A stretch of DNA of 64,000 nucleotides from the human T2T-CHM13v2.0 reference genome, Homo sapiens: the NCBI RefSeq assembly GCF_009914755.1, contig NC_060928.1. The stretch is one strand, 5' to 3'. The translations under genes and the position numbers were made by a program. Of the stretch, positions 25,091 to 40,330 are shown piece by piece (the first letter of the stretch is position 1; each line of letters starts with the position of its first letter). The notes under the pieces are model-generated. The model did no database searches, was not told the DNA's origin, and saw only the letters and a list, made by a program, of their open reading frames with translations.

Positions 25091-28000
25091 GATACTAAAA
25101 GGGCAAGCTTCCAATAATCAACATTATATTCAACAGCATTAGTTGATCTAAGAGAAAAGAGAAAAAGGAGGCATTATAATTAGAATTTTGCATTTGTTTC
25201 TTTTTGGATCCTTAATTAAACTCCATAAGGTTGGTGCAAATATTACCAGTAAGGAGCATAATTTTCAATACATAAATTAATAAGCAATGTCATATATCTA
25301 GTATGTAAGAAAAGTAGATTTAAAATCAGAAAATCTGACAACTTAGTGATTGATTAGTATATGAGTACTATTAGGAGAAAATTATGAAGTAATTTTTGCC
25401 AAGTTGAGTGGTAGGAAAAAGTGTGTGTGGATGTTTGACTACATGATTTGTGGTAGGGATAAGTGGAAGTCAGTATATTCAATAGAGAGAGAGAGCATGT
25501 GCTTCATAAATAGTTAGAACATGGGTGATGCTTTTTACTTAATAGTAGTTTCAGGATTAATAGAACATAAAAATTTTTTTAAAATTTTGTCACATCACTT
25601 GTTTTCAGAATGGTTCTATTTGCTGTCTCTGTGTTTTTTAGAATTGTGGAGCCAGAAAGAATAGCACATTATGAGTCTGATAATATGTTTAATATGAACT
25701 TAGATATGGTAACATAATGCAGAAATATTCCATAAATATTTTCAGATTTCTGAAAGCTACCATGAAAATATTTTCAATTATTAGTGTAATTCTCAGCCTA
25801 AAAACATTTTTGGCATTTAGATTTATCATACTGACCAAAAATATCACCATGTATGTACGACAACAGTTTTATATCAGTCGCTACAATAAAAAGTCTACAT
25901 AATGTTTTGTTTTGTGTAAAAAGTGAAATAATGTTACTATTACATGGTTTTCATTGATTTTATTCTGCTTACGATCTCTTCTAAAATTAAATAAGATACT
26001 TCTCATCAGCATCTGTGACATATATATTCAATGTCTAGCATGGAGGTGGTTCGAAGCTCAGGATTTATTTTCTAAACATTAAATTTGATCTACACTTTCA
26101 CAGAGGATAAGCTGTATAAATTAATTATTATTCTCTAGTGCAAGATGGAATTTGCCAAATACAGAAGGAGGCTGAGATAATTCAGAGTATTATACATATT
26201 TAGGGACAAGTAACAAAAAATATAAAAGGTTGGAATATAGACCCTAATGTAAAAAGTTCAATGACATTAAGCCTAGTAAAAGAAAATAAAAATTTATAAA
26301 TATATAAAAATATTTAAAAAAATGTTAAAGCATTTGAGAAAAAAATGTACTCTCTGAAGCTGAATTAATAAATAATAGGATTACTAAGCATTTTTCTGGG
26401 ATGGCTTACATGTGACCAGGACTATGCTAGCTGTCATAAAATTCGCACATGTTTCATGGAAAGAAAACTTAAAGCTTATTAAATATATTCTACCTACGTT
26501 ATAAATGAAGATATGCCAAATCAAGTTACTTTCCATGATCATACATTAAATTATGGTAACAAAAGTAGAGCCCAGTTCTCTTGGATCTCAGTTTTGTCCT
26601 ATAGTCATATGCTGTGATTTACTTTGTGTTTCTTCCTACTTCAAGTTAAGTGCCATTTTTTACTAAAATTGATGAAAAAATGCCTACACTCAATTCAAGC
26701 GAATACAGAAATATCTGAACAGAAAAATCAAGAACTGAGGCTGACGGAAATGGTGCATGGTAGTGTTATCAGATCCTAAAGGTGTTTAGGATTTGGCATT
26801 TGGCTTTCAGAAAGTTAAAAATATTTTAGCTGTACCTTTGTGAAAAAATAGAAAGATGAATTGAAAAATGCTGAGACACAGATAATATGCCTCTCACATT
26901 ATCTCACAGAGTACAAAAGCTCAGTGACAAGATTCATTCTGTCTCCTATAAAAATTACTGGCTTTGGCCAGAATAATAGAAGATAATTGACACTAGAGTC
27001 TTAATGCTAAATTGAAAGAACTACCCAGTTGTTTTAATTTTGTGATAATAAACTCTAAAGAATGCCTTCTTCCTCTAGTACACATATGGTAGATTGTATC
27101 TCAAATGCTTTTCTGTCTAAATATCCAGAATAAATACTAAATAATGTCACCATTATTATGCAAAATCAGCATGATGTGAAGATTCAGGTACATGAAATAC
27201 AGCAACATGGTACTTAGAAAAGCTTTTTACTGAGCCAACTTTCATTCCCACAACATGAAAACAAAATCAATTCTGCTTAAGATAACATAAGTGATGCTAC
27301 AATTGAGGCAATCTTTACAATACAGCTTGTGTAGTGACAAGAGGAAATGCCAGCCATTTTTATTTTGTTGGAAAATGGCTCAAAGGCAAAGAGATTCTAG
27401 CCCCTGGAGACTCGCAATAACCTATAATGAGGGCAACAGCCATCATACAAGAAATGTAACAGATGGCAGCATGGTCACCTCACTCAGACACAGGTTACAA
27501 AAAAGATGAATATAGGATTTTAATATTTAGAATATATGAAGGAGACGGCTCTTAGACCAGGCAGTAAAACTAAAAGACATATAGCACCAAGAATATCAAA
27601 ACTATTATAAATCTTTTTCTTTTAATATATATTACTCTACATGTGATTTGAGTTTCTTATCAATTTGATCCAAAACCATCACTAGAGTTTAAAGTCCTTG
27701 AAGAAAGAAAACATATTTTGACCAATGTTATAAAAATAAAAGTTACACAGTAAGTATTCAAAATATATATTTATATTTGAATTGAATTAAAATGTAACAG
27801 AAAATATCAGAGTAGACAGAAATAAATTTCTCAATGTGTCAAACTGCAAAAAAGCTTGGAAAGACCTCTATCACCAAAAAGTATAAAACTGGATGAAAAA
27901 GAAAAACATCTCTTTAGTTTCATTGTTAAGTAAATGCAGCCACTAAGACATGGAATGTGGGAAGAAAGCAAGATCCAAGAAATGATGGAAATTCATTTAT

Positions 28001-28634
28001 GTGAGATTCACATTAACTGTCACTTTTCCCCTGGGACATTTCCCATTACCTGTCTGAGGCCATTGAAGTTCAGCTGAAATTGTGGTCCAGAGTTGTTGGC
28101 AGCCTTGCTGGCATGGAAGGCAAAAATTAAAATGTAGAAGTACTAAGAAGACAGGACTTGGACAAAATGCTAGACAAATTGGATTACTGGAGGAGTGAAT
28201 TGGACATTCTGCCCAGGTTTGTCCTCAATGTTATTTGGTGACTCTTGAAATGCTCAGGTCGAAAAGGGAAGAAGCACAGTAGAAACACGCTGCTAAAAGG
28301 TTAAACAAGAGGCTTAAGTTTTTGTCCATCTCACAGTCCCAAGAACACACACACACACACAGAGAAAGAGAGAGAGACACACACACAAATGTACCTTAGA
28401 ATGTTACAAGAAAGAGAAAACACTTCACTTTACAATTAAACCAGATCAAAACCAAAGAAAAAAACCTTAAACTACTTGCAAACCAGAATAAACCCACTGA
28501 AAATTAAGCTTCAGATCACCTTCATTACTCTTTCAATAAGTTGATCTTATTAAAATATGATCTTCAGATCCTGAAAATTTTCACACACAATGTATAGCAT
28601 TCAACCAGAAATTACCATGTATAAAATAATAACA

Positions 28635-29460
28635 CTGTTTTGGTTATCAACTATTACATAGCAGGTAATCTAAAAATTTGGTGGTTTTTCTGTCTAAAAT
28701 AACAACAAATATTTTATTATCCAGAATGTTTCTGTGCATCAGCAACTGGTGTAGGGATTGGCTGGCATTTCTGGCAAAAGGCCTTTCACATAGTTGTGGT
28801 CAGACTGTTGAGGAAGCCTCGAGTGTGAGCTGCAGCAGCTGGGGAATAGCTGAGTATCTCCCTCTCCATGTAAACTCAGAGAAGAACTTGGCCTAGAGTG
28901 ACGCAAGAGAAGTGCTTAGGACACAAAATTTAAGGCGGCGTTCCTGCTCAGGGTCATGAAAGTGCAGGTGTGGCACTTCAGGGCCCTGAGAGGGAGTGTC
29001 TTCTGAAGACACCTACAGTATAAAACTGAAAAGCACATTCCTTTTTTTTTTTTAATATAAAAAGCCTTCACTTGCAAGACTCTAACAGTGAATATTTTCT
29101 TAATTGTTTTTATTTTGCTCTAGGCATCTCTTTTGGCTCTTGTCCTTTCTCCAAATGCTGACTTAGAGCTCACAATGTATTATATTTCTATGGGGCTTCA
29201 TTTGGCATTCTTGGGAGCATGGTGGTCTTAGGATATGTGGTATAACCTATGGTGATTGAAGGCTTCAATATAAGTTATTATTCTGAGGAATCCAGGTGGA
29301 AACTCTATCACCATTTCTAACCTAGCTTCGACTTCTATGTAGTGTCATTTCCACTGTATTTTATTGAATACAAGTGAGTCCGACCAGTTCCACTGGGAGC
29401 TATATCACCACTTGATGAGAATAGTATCAAAAAATCTGGAGATTGTCTTAAAATGTATCG
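28635..29460 (-). mobile_element. MLT1-type LTR remnant with a MER91-like insert (about 28895-29010)
   Basis: Antisense MLT1 motifs; cttaggacacaaaatttaagg is MER91-like. Confidence 0.45.
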
Positions 29461-32285
29461 TCTAGATCATTAACAAAATCCATACTAAAAATGAAACAGA
29501 ACTAAAAGTAGTCCAGAGTTTAAAATAATTGGACATAAACTTTGAAAGGATCAAAATAATTATTTTTAAGGAAGTCAATAACAAGATGGAGAGTTTTACT
29601 AGTAAATTGTAATCTACAAAGAAAATCAAGATTCTAGAACAGAAAATGCAGTAACTCAAACTAAGAACTCATTTTTGAGTTTAGCTGCCGATCATTAACA
29701 TTGGAATAGAAGATTATTGATCCAAACTAAAAGAGAGAAAAAGTACTTGGAGTAAGGAATAAAATAAACATAAGAGACAGTAACGATAGATCTAACATCC
29801 ATGTAATTAGAGTAACAGAAGGAAAGGAGAAAGGAAATGGGTCAAAAAGAGCTACTGACTAAAAATTTTTCAAAACCTATGAAAGACAACAAACCCGAGA
29901 TCCAAAATTATCAATGAGCTCAAAGGAAGACATAAATCAAGAACACCACACCAACAAATATTCTATTAAAATTGCTGAAAATGAAAGACAAAAAGAAAAA
30001 TCTGTAAAGCAGTTGAAGGAAAAATGTCATGTTACCTTCAGGGTAGCAACAATAGGACTGACAAATGACTTCCCATCAATAATTATGGGAGTCAGAGATG
30101 AAATATGACATTATCAGAACACTATATGAAACTAGATTTTTACATTCAGCAGAAACAATCTTCAGAAATGGAGGCAAAAGTTTTCAGATGATTATAAATT
30201 AATAAATTTTTGGATGGGCAGATTCAGACCAAGAAAATACCACAAAAAATTTCTCAGGCACAATAGAAATGTTCCCAGACTGTAATGTTGTTATGAAGAC
30301 ATGAAAAGTTTTGGAAATTGTAAATATAAGAGAAAACTCAAATTACTATCGTTTACAAGAATAACAATGTCTGTGAAGTTATAAATAAGTTCTGTAAACA
30401 GAAAACTAGAAGTAGACTAACATTTCCTCACCCTGGTGTAACGTGTCTACAAAAACCTGCAGTTAACCTCATAACTAATAGTGAAATATTGAAAGTTTTT
30501 CTTCTATATGGAAAAATAAGTCAGACGATCCACTTTCACTATTTCTATTAAATGTGTACTAGAGTGCCTAACCTGGACAGTAGACATTTGTCTATATGTA
30601 TGTTTGTGTGTGTGTGTGTGTGTGTGTGTTTATAAATATGTTAAAGTGTAATGTAAGTTCATGTGTATGTGTGTCTATACAGTACTACATACAATTTGAA
30701 TATGGCAACATTGTTTTAATAGAAAGTAATAAATATTCTATAAATTAATATAATTATTAAGTAAATTAACCAAATCTGCTGGATTTAGTGTCAATATAAA
30801 TCTCAAATGTGTATATAATTACAACAAAAAATAGCACATTAAATGTATACACAAAACGACTACTTGTGATTCAATCTAAGAAGAAGTTTAGTAAACATTC
30901 CACTCAATATGTCAATTTTTGGGTGAGCGTAGGGACAGAGTCTGTCTCTGTTGCCTTGGCTGGAGTACCATGGTGCAATCACAGCTCACTGCAGCCTTGA
31001 CCTTCAGGGTTCAAGCAATCTTCCTGCCTTAGCCTCCTGAGTAGCTGGGACTAAAGGCATGCAGCATCATGCTCAGCTAATTTTTGTGTTTTTTGTAGAG
31101 ACAGGGATTTGCTATGTTGCCCAGGCTGGTCTCAAACTCCCAGGCTCAAGCGATTCTCCAGCCTTGGCCTCTCAAAATGGTGGGATTACAGGCATGAACC
31201 ACAATGTGTTGTCAAAATATGTCAAAATGTTAAAATTATTTAAAAAATTAAAGATGGCTTTAATGATTATAAAATTAGCCATTTATGATTGTGGGGCTTA
31301 ATATATTAAAACTTTAATTTTTCCCAAATTATAGTTTCAAGAAAATTGCAGAAAAAAGAAATCCTGCATGTTTTTGGTGGCTATTTACAAATTGATCTAA
31401 AATATAAATGGAAGTCCAAAGCGTTTGGAACATCCAACACAGTCTTCGAGAAGTAGACCACAATGAAGATTTACCATTTGGATATCATAACTTACTACAA
31501 AGCTATAGTAATTTAAACTATATAGTAATATTTCAATAATAGATACATAAATGAAATATAAATGAGTCTCAAAACAAATATTTATGTATTTTTTCACCTG
31601 CTTAACAACAAAGTAATATTGTGGTAAGAGTTATTATGGGATTATTATATTGATACATGGTGCTGGGTGAACTGATACCCATATGCATATAATAACCTTG
31701 CCTTTAATCTGATACATAATATCAATTTCAAATAGATTTTAAATTTAAATGTAAACGTCCAAGCAATCATGTTTCTAAAATATTGCATTGAAGAATATCC
31801 TCCTGACCTTAGGGTTGGTACAAATTTCCTAATTACAATTCAAAGAGCAGTAACCACAAGAGGTTGATAAATTAGATTTAACAAGAAAAAGCATAGAATT
31901 ACATTGGACGACTATTCATCTATAAAAGTAAATGCACTACTGATCAAATAGTAACAAGGAGATGAAGCTGAAAACCATTCAACTGAGAGACAGACCCAAC
32001 GCACAAAAGAATACACACAGTATGATTCCATATGAAACTCTAAAAATGACGAAGTAATCTTTAGTGACCAAAAACACTCCAGTAGTTTTTTTGGGGTCAG
32101 ATATGTGTACAGTTGACTGGGAAGTGCCATAAAGAAAGTTGAGGTTAATAGAAATATTATGTGTATTATTTTTTCTAGTGGTTACACAGGTATATGAATT
32201 TTTCAGATCTCATCAAAATATATACTTAATGCAGTTCATTTTGTTAAATGTAAAGTATATCTCAGTAAAGTTTATTTTTAAATGT
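29460..32285 (+). mobile_element. Old L1M fragments (ORF1, parts of ORF2, 3' UTR)
   Basis: ORF1-like peptide in ORF 29914-30108; 3' UTR-like gaatacacacagtatgattccatatgaaactc..tatatctcagtaaag. Confidence 0.7.
30915..31212 (-). mobile_element. AluJ with a degraded tail
   Basis: cacagctcactgcagccttgacc..gtagagacagg..gggattacaggcatgaaccac. Confidence 0.93.
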
Positions 32286-33433
32286 ATATAAACATATATA
32301 TCTAAATTATATATGTATAAATATATAAAGAAGTAAAATAATTTTTTAAAATAAGGCTTAAATGGTAATGCTTCAAATTCAGCTTATTTAAAATCTTTCT
32401 GCTTTGCTACAAAGGCAGTCTACTTAACACACTGTAAGTTTGTATCTTTTAATCTTAACCCAGTTGTCCTAAATGCGAAAAGAAAAAGGAAGAAAAGGAA
32501 TAAGGCTAAGATTTCTATCAGTTTAAGCCAATAATGGCAAAATATCAACTGAGAAAAAACAATGCAGTTGTAATAAATATACTACAGATAAAAACCTGAA
32601 GGGAAGGAATGATGTGTAGTGCAGATAGCAGCCATCTGGATTGTTTGTTTTTTGAGCCTTTCAACAACAAAGAAATGTTCATTTCCCAAGGAGACCTACA
32701 AATCAAGATGGATTGACAGCTTTCTTTTTTAAAGTGGCAAATGTTCAAAGGCGCTCCTGTGAGGGCACAGTAAACAAGCAACATCATCAGACCATGATTC
32801 AATTTAACTTGGTGCTGCTATGCAGAAAAAAATGAGCAAAGCCACATAATTCCAACTGGCTTACTGAAATTTTTGTTAGTAGGACCCCTTCTTCTATCAA
32901 ACAATTTGGTATTAACTCACACAATGGTATCTGGCTAGTGTCAATCGAGAGTAAGAAAATTTTAATAAAATATTATTCTCCCAAATATCAAACCCCTATT
33001 CCAAATAATACTTAATGCCAAATATTTTCTTGATATTGGATTTTGTTTCAAATCTTTCAGATTAAATTCTTGCCTTCACTTGACATAAGAGATACAGCTT
33101 GTTTTCTGTAACGAAACCCCAATTGATAAAGTAGATGAGAAATTCACAGTGTGCATACTAAAATGCCATTTTGAATTTTGCAGTGTGTGTATCATGTATC
33201 AAATGTATGTGAAGTCTCAGGGGGAATGAAAGAGAATTCGAGGCAGGAAAAGCAATGAGAATGGCCACAATTTGAAACAGAAGCTGGCAAATAAGCAAAA
33301 GTGTATTGGGGAAGGTTTTTTCTGTCCTTGTATCATTTATTCTTTCACTTTTATTCAAGTCAACAATGCCATTGCAAGACTGAAAAGGGGAGATATTAAT
33401 GTATATTAAAATAGAGAATTTTGATTCACCCTT

Positions 33434-33831
33434 TGATATAGCTTGAACATACATCCCCATCGAATCTCTTGTTGAATTATAATCCCCAGTGTTGGAGGTG
33501 GGGCCTTGTAGGAGATGTTTGGGTGATGGGGTCAGATCCTCCATGGCCTGGTGCTGTCCTCACAATGGTGAGTGAGTTCTCAACAGATCTGGTTGTTTGT
33601 GTGTGACCCCTCCCTACTCACTGTCTCTCTTCTGCTTCCACTCCCCAATGTGACACACCTGCTCCCCCTTCATTTTTCACCATGATTGTTAGCTCTCTGA
33701 GGCCTCCCAAAAACAGATGCTGGCATTCTGCTTCCTGTACAGGCTGCAGAACTGTGAGTTAAAACTTCTTTTCTTATAAATTACCCAGTCTCAGTTATTT
33801 CTTTATAACAATGCAAGAATAGCCTCATGCA
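33434..33831 (+). mobile_element. MST (MaLR) solo LTR
   Basis: tgatatag..aatccccagtgttggaggtggggcc..ataaattacccagtctcag..gcaagaatagcctcatgca. Confidence 0.9.
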
Positions 33832-34414
33832 TCCAGAGAAATAAAAAATGTGTCTCATTCAGTTAATGGAATTTAAAGGAAACAGAGATCCTTTGTTGAA
33901 TAGAAGACGTACCATTTCTGATTTTTCCTTATCAACCCAAAAGACTTCTACTTCTACTATAGCTCTAATAATAAATTAGGAGTAAGAATATTAAGCATTT
34001 TCTGGGAAATCTTCTTGCAGATCAGCCCTAAATCAGTTTTCTGTCTATCTTCTCCTGATGCAAAATCATAGCTTCTAAACATCATGCCACAGTCTTCAAG
34101 GATTATGAGGCTAGTCACTGACATTTTTATTGAAGACACTTGAGGATAAGCAGACATGACAAACAAAAGTCTTCTAAAGAATGGCCCAGAGAATCACATT
34201 ATCCAGTCTGGTATGTGCAAGAAGGCTATATCTGCAGCTGAACTGTGGGCTCAAGAGAAAGCTGACCAGAGCCTGCAGTATTGCTTCCACGCCTCTTCCT
34301 CTGCCTGGGGAAAATGTGTCAGTCCTGGAGAGTGGAACAGACATTGGCTTGACTTGCCCACTCTCATTATAGGATTCATTGCTGACAGTTATTTCCATTG
34401 GCAGCAATTGTGTA

Positions 34415-34560
34415 ACCACATTCTTTTTGGGCCTGACACTTACAAAATTTGAGAGCCCTTTGAGGAAATAATATTAATAATATAAAATTAGATACAATGG
34501 CCTCTTGGAGGTAAAGCCAAAGCTTAAACTACCTTAGCATCTCAATAAATCTATTTTTGA
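34415..34560. mobile_element. MER53-like DNA transposon MITE
   Basis: ttttgggcctgacacttacaaaatttgagagccc resembles MER53. Confidence 0.5.
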
Positions 34561-37089
34561 GAACCAGGTCCTGGATTCTGTAACTATGTGGAATTTTCAG
34601 GTTTGGCTGCATCAGGAGCAAAATAGCAAACACTGAAATGGGTCCCTGTCACCCCACAGCCATGTCCATTACAAGATGGCGAGTCAGTGTTATGACAGAT
34701 TAGCGATGAGTGTCATTGCCTGAAGGAGACACTTCAAGGAATTCAAGGCAGCCTGGAAGTTTTCCCAGAAGGTTTTAGGACACAAACTGTAACATGCAGC
34801 TTTGCTAACACACATTGTATGCTTCATGTATTCCCTTCCTAATAGCAAGTGTTTTCCATGAAAAGTATTCATTCCATATGACCTATATCCACTGAGACCA
34901 CCCCAGTGAACACTGAGAACTCATCCAGGCACTCAAACACTCTCCTACTCCCGTGCTCCTGTGGCAGTTGAGTGCATGCATCCACACCTTCACTAAAGAG
35001 TAAACAGCTAGCAGAATGTCTATATGGCAAGGAATATTGATCCAGAAATTCGATATGACATTGCAAAAGTAAAGGAAATAGATGGGGTCCTATTTAGTTT
35101 GCCCTTTTTAAACAGCCTGGAGTTAAAAATGTGCCTCTGCTGGCATCAACTTGACCCTGAGAACAGAGGCAAATGGCCCAGCAGCTCCCAATCTAGACCT
35201 GCTGGAGTGGCATTATTGATTAAAAGTAATGGAGATGGAATAGTATCAGTAGGTGTTTACGTTCTATGTTTTCAATTGCATTCTAGAGAGGTGCAGATGT
35301 TCAATTCCAGGTATGGGTTTTGAGCTGCAGGACTTTTTAGCTCTAGGACTAGAAAAGTACTGATCCAACCTCTTATGGGATCAAAGTCCAGGATATAATA
35401 ACAATATGACATCGCAGAACCTGCCAGCTCAGTGTTTATAGTTCAAGGGAGCTGCTAGTCCTGCATCTGAAATCATCAGAAGATCTGGGCTCCAGCATTC
35501 CAGTTGCAGGTGCATTATATTGCAAACTACTCTCAGGGTTTGCTGCATGAGCCTTCTTCATGGTTGTGAAAGGACAAACCTCTCCCCTAGCGCAATCAGG
35601 GAGTGAACTCCAAGCTTTATGTTTGGTTACTACTGATTGCTTTAACCACTCCGCTGTAGTTGATTTATGGGGGCATTTCAGTGGGTGACCAATCTGCAAG
35701 GAATCAATCTTGGATGTGTTATCACTTACCCTTCACGCTCACAGCTGGTATGGCAACATCACACATTCTTCAAGTAATATAAATTGATTTTTAAAGTCAG
35801 GATCTTTTCCTAGTATCATAGTACAGTGATAATTTTGATTATATATTAAAATATTATATATCATACCTAAATATAAAATAAAGTTGAATCAATTTTATGT
35901 AATGAATTTAATTTTTATATTTGGTAGGCACTAAAGTTAAATGCTGCAAAGTCTCATACACAAAATATATTTAACAGCAGATTACATTTTTCTCTCATCC
36001 AAACAAGAAGAAAATCATGGCACTAACAATAGGAGGTGATATCGGCTGAGTCTGGGCTTCCAGGATCTGAGGACAGCTGTCGTGTATGAGGAGTAGAAGA
36101 TCTAGACTCTGATTTCCAGGGAAGGGAATTGAGGAAGCAATAAGAAATCTGAAATTTGAAGTCAGTGGGCACATAGAGAGGCTAAGTCCTAAGTGAAGTG
36201 AAGTGTTTCCAACAAGCAATGGCCAACAGGCAAAAAAATAAAACAGAGTTTGCCAAATTAAATCTAGAATGAGTGCCAGAGCTTAGAAGGGGTGCCAGTC
36301 TTTTATGAGATGTCTGTAGAAGAACCTATAGGCTGAGAAAGTGCCATAAAGAGCATCCCTAGATTAGAATGGAATCATCTAAGGCAGTGATTTTAACATA
36401 TTGCAATCACAGATCCCTTCAGTAAGCCAAAGAAAGCTATGAGCCATTCTCCACCTGTTCCACACTGAAAATGCACATAGACTTCATCAGTGAATTATTG
36501 TAAAATTAATTACTGCCTTTCCTTTTTGCTTCACTCCATTTATCAGAAAAGAAGCAGCATAAACAAAATTGTAAATATTTTCTTGCACTTGAGGGAATTT
36601 TGTTTTGGTTTTTTGAGTTCAGGGTTTCCAACTGTTCTAGTCTTTAAAGTGGAATGGAGTTAAATTGTCTCAGAAGAGAATAGGGGAGATTCTGTACTTT
36701 GAATTAAGAGGAGACTCTGACAAATACATGGAAAGCGTTAGGGTTTCAGAGACTCAGAAGACAGTTGATTGTTTTCCCAGTACTGATGAATAAAACCTGA
36801 GATGGCAGGTCTCCTGAGGAGAGCAGCTGCAGGTATACTTGGCACCAGAAATCAAAGCTTACTGAGAGTACGTGATTCTAAAATGTGGCATAAAGGAGGA
36901 GCTGTCCACATAGGCTTGGAAATGAGTATTTCATCAGTGACCATAAGAAAACTGATCAGATGTCTTTAACAATTTTTCATAATTTCCATCATGTACAAGT
37001 TTTGCACAATAAGAAAGGAGAAGGGGTTATAATGGATATGGGGGATTGAGGTGCAGCAAAAATCCCAGCTTTCTTTGAGTGTCCATTCA

Positions 37090-37600
37090 TTCCTGTACCA
37101 TATACTGGGAAGGCTAAACATTACGTTGTCTAGACCTCAATGATTTCAGAATGTGGTTCAGATTTGTACTAAATCAGATGCATTGTAAGATGAGGAGAAA
37201 CTGAGGCAGAAGTAGTACTCCCAAAACTTCTGTTACTTGTCACATAAGCCTACTCTTACAGACATTTACTCATTCAACTACTGTGTTAGCAGAGACTATT
37301 TACAATGCATCTATTTTTCTGATGTGTAAGATAATGGTTTTATGGCTTGACGTAGTGAGAAGCTTCCTGAATGTGGAGGATTCCTGACGAGCAACAGGGT
37401 ATGGCTCTAAAGCCAACAGATGGAACAGCACTTTCTCAATTTGAAGGCAGTAACTACTTTGGTAGACCACCCAGGGAATCAAATTGAAAATTTCTCCCAG
37501 AATCTGTATCTGTAACCCTATCAGTCATTCCATAAAACATTAATATCTTGGAACAAATCCCTTTCTAAGGATTCTATTTTCTGCAGTGTAACTGGAACCG
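37090..37600 (+). mobile_element. LTR33-like ERVL LTR remnant
   Basis: ctgggaaggctaaac..aatcagatgca..aaatccctttct motifs. Confidence 0.4.
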
Positions 37601-40109
37601 CTGTGAAGAGCAATCACCAGATGACTGAAATTTGATGTTTCATCAACTGGGCTGTTAGGACTAAATCCATATTTGATGGAATTTATTAAGCGTGTCATGT
37701 CTTGAAACCAAGTGTACTGTACTAATAGTTCATGTTTATCATGTAAACGTCAAACAAAACTTTGCATACTATGTCAAAAAATTTACGGAGTTCTCTCAAG
37801 TCTTGTCCAAAGAATCACATGCTAAAAGGAGGAATCCAGTGCAACAAACCGTGAAGAAATCAGTATAAGAAGTTTTATATTAGATGTTGTCCATGGATAG
37901 CTATCATAGGGAAAAGAGTTCATACATAACCACATGATAAAACAAACAAAAGCATAACCAAATACGAGAAAGATAAACCTTTTTTTCTTGCAGTCACAGC
38001 CTCAGAGGAGAGAGGAAGAACACATTAGGATAGGTTGGCATATGTATCTAGATATTAGAGCTGAAAAATTAAAAATAAATAAACCCACTTACACCGAACA
38101 GCTTAGTTTTCTGATTTGATGTGGAAGTTTGCCTCTCTCCAATTTTAGACTTAATGTGGTTACTTGAGAGATTTCCCAGCTCTACAACCACAATTCACCA
38201 GAGTGTCCCAGCTGTCGCAAATCTTGACTGAAAATAATGTATAAGAATGTAAAGAAGTATGGTCAAAGGAAAGGAAAGAAATAAGAAGAAAAAAAATCAT
38301 ACTTCTCTGATTCCTCATGCGTGAAATATATAGTAGCCTGTTATTTCTCAGGTAATTTCCTAAATCTTAAAAAATAAAAATAAGAAAATAAAAAAGTAAG
38401 AAAACAAATCACAAACAAATGAAAACAAAACCCAGCATCAGAAAGGGAAAAGTCAAGGATTGAGAGAAAAAGAGAACGGAGAAGTGTACAGTATAATTTC
38501 TTCAATCCCAGGGATCTTGAACATTCATAGAATATGGCTCAAGATTTGCATTTCTTGCCCACTTTTGACTTGATTCAGAAGTATTGTCTAATCCACAATC
38601 TCATTCCTTTTTTTCCCAAACAATATTTGGGAAAAGTCTCATTTATCAAAATGCTTTTTGGTCTTGTCCATAGCTCTTTAAGCTAAACACAATCCCATAA
38701 GGCCTTAGTCCAAGAAAGCGTAAACCAAAATATGCTGCTCTTTGAGCCTTTCCCAGGGATCTCATCCCATCCTCCTACTGCCTTTTACCTAGTGCCCAAC
38801 TGATCGTGCATTTGCAAAACTCGGGTTTCTCTGGACTTAGCTTCAAATACTTCAAATACTCAGCCCTGACCTCAGTTCTACCCCCGACTCTCTGGTCTCT
38901 GCAGACATTTTGTGTTTCAACTGTTTGAACCTTAGGTTGCTCTTCTAGATTTACGCTGTCTGACTCATGAAGGCTTTTTAAAATGATCCATAGACATAGA
39001 AATCTCCTTGGTTCTTTAATTCCAGATAACTTTGTTGAAGTGTTAAAATAGTTATGTCTTTTATGGACATAGTCTTCAAACAAATCAATGTGTTTCTATT
39101 TTATATACCTCAGAGACATAATAGTTTGAAAAGCATAGGTCACTGATGGGTTGGCATGTTTTTTCATTTTTTACAAAACATGCTGGTGACTTTCAATGTC
39201 AATTTTCCTTATATCTCATGGCAAATTTACCATCTTCTTTGGTAGCAAGATATAAACATATAAACATAACAGAAGGTCAATGATCAGCAGAGGATTTGGA
39301 AGAAGGATCACTCACTTTGGAAGCTTATAAAGTAATGTCAATAAGAAATATAGCACCATTATTTTAAATTAAATTTGCACTATTTTTCAAAGTTATTGCC
39401 CTCGAAACTGTAGTCTTGTTTGCTTTGTACTGCCCTAGACTGAATGATCATATTCTTGTACAAATGACAGAAATACTTTTAAAAATTTAAGTGCACTTAA
39501 ATGTTTTCATGGTGATCTAAAACTCAGATACTTCCATGTTTTAGTTCCATCCAATAAAGTTGTAATAACCCAAAATTTACATGGGCATATTTTATTATTT
39601 CTCTCTCTTTAGGATCCTGGAAAAGCATATTCCTTTTCAGAATAAAAATACATTCTTCATTTTTGCAAGAATATTAGTTATTATTTGCAAAATTAAAATA
39701 TCCATAAAAGTAAGCATCCTGATCTTTAATGTCTGATTTGTTCCATTTGTGTTCAGGGTTTCTCGGTAGAAACAAGATGCCATTTCAAACTAGATCCTCC
39801 TAATGGTGTTAAATTCATTCTTTTATGAATGAAAAGCCACATTAAAAAATTCTTGAAAGAATTATTGACCCAAATAGCCTATAAACTGCTCATAAGAAAA
39901 TATTTTTTCTTAAAACATAGTTTTATTTATTCTCCCTGAAAAAACCTGTTAACTGATCTTTTGCCTTTTCTGTTCAGAGATTCATCTGACATATAATGTT
40001 TATTACTATCAACAAAAACAGTTATTAAGTTTTGAGATATTATTCCAAGGTAATAAACTATAGCTTGCCTCATTTTCTTAAAACTAGTGACATAATATAG
40101 TGGGAATTT

Positions 40110-40330
40110 AATGGGTTTGGAATTTGGCAGACAGGCAAGTATGAATTTAATCCTATTTCACTATGCATTCTGTGACCTAGAAAGATAACTGTAGGAACCT
40201 GTTTCCTCATCTGTAAAATGTCTACAATAATAACCAATAAGTAGATTGTGATGGGGTAAAATAAAGCAGCATAGGAGAAGGCAACCAATAATTTTTGCAC
40301 ATAGTGAAGGTGCAATAATTTGTAATTTAT
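40110..40330 (+). mobile_element. MIR
   Basis: MIR core tgtgaccta..aacctgtttcctcatctgtaaaatg. Confidence 0.8.
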
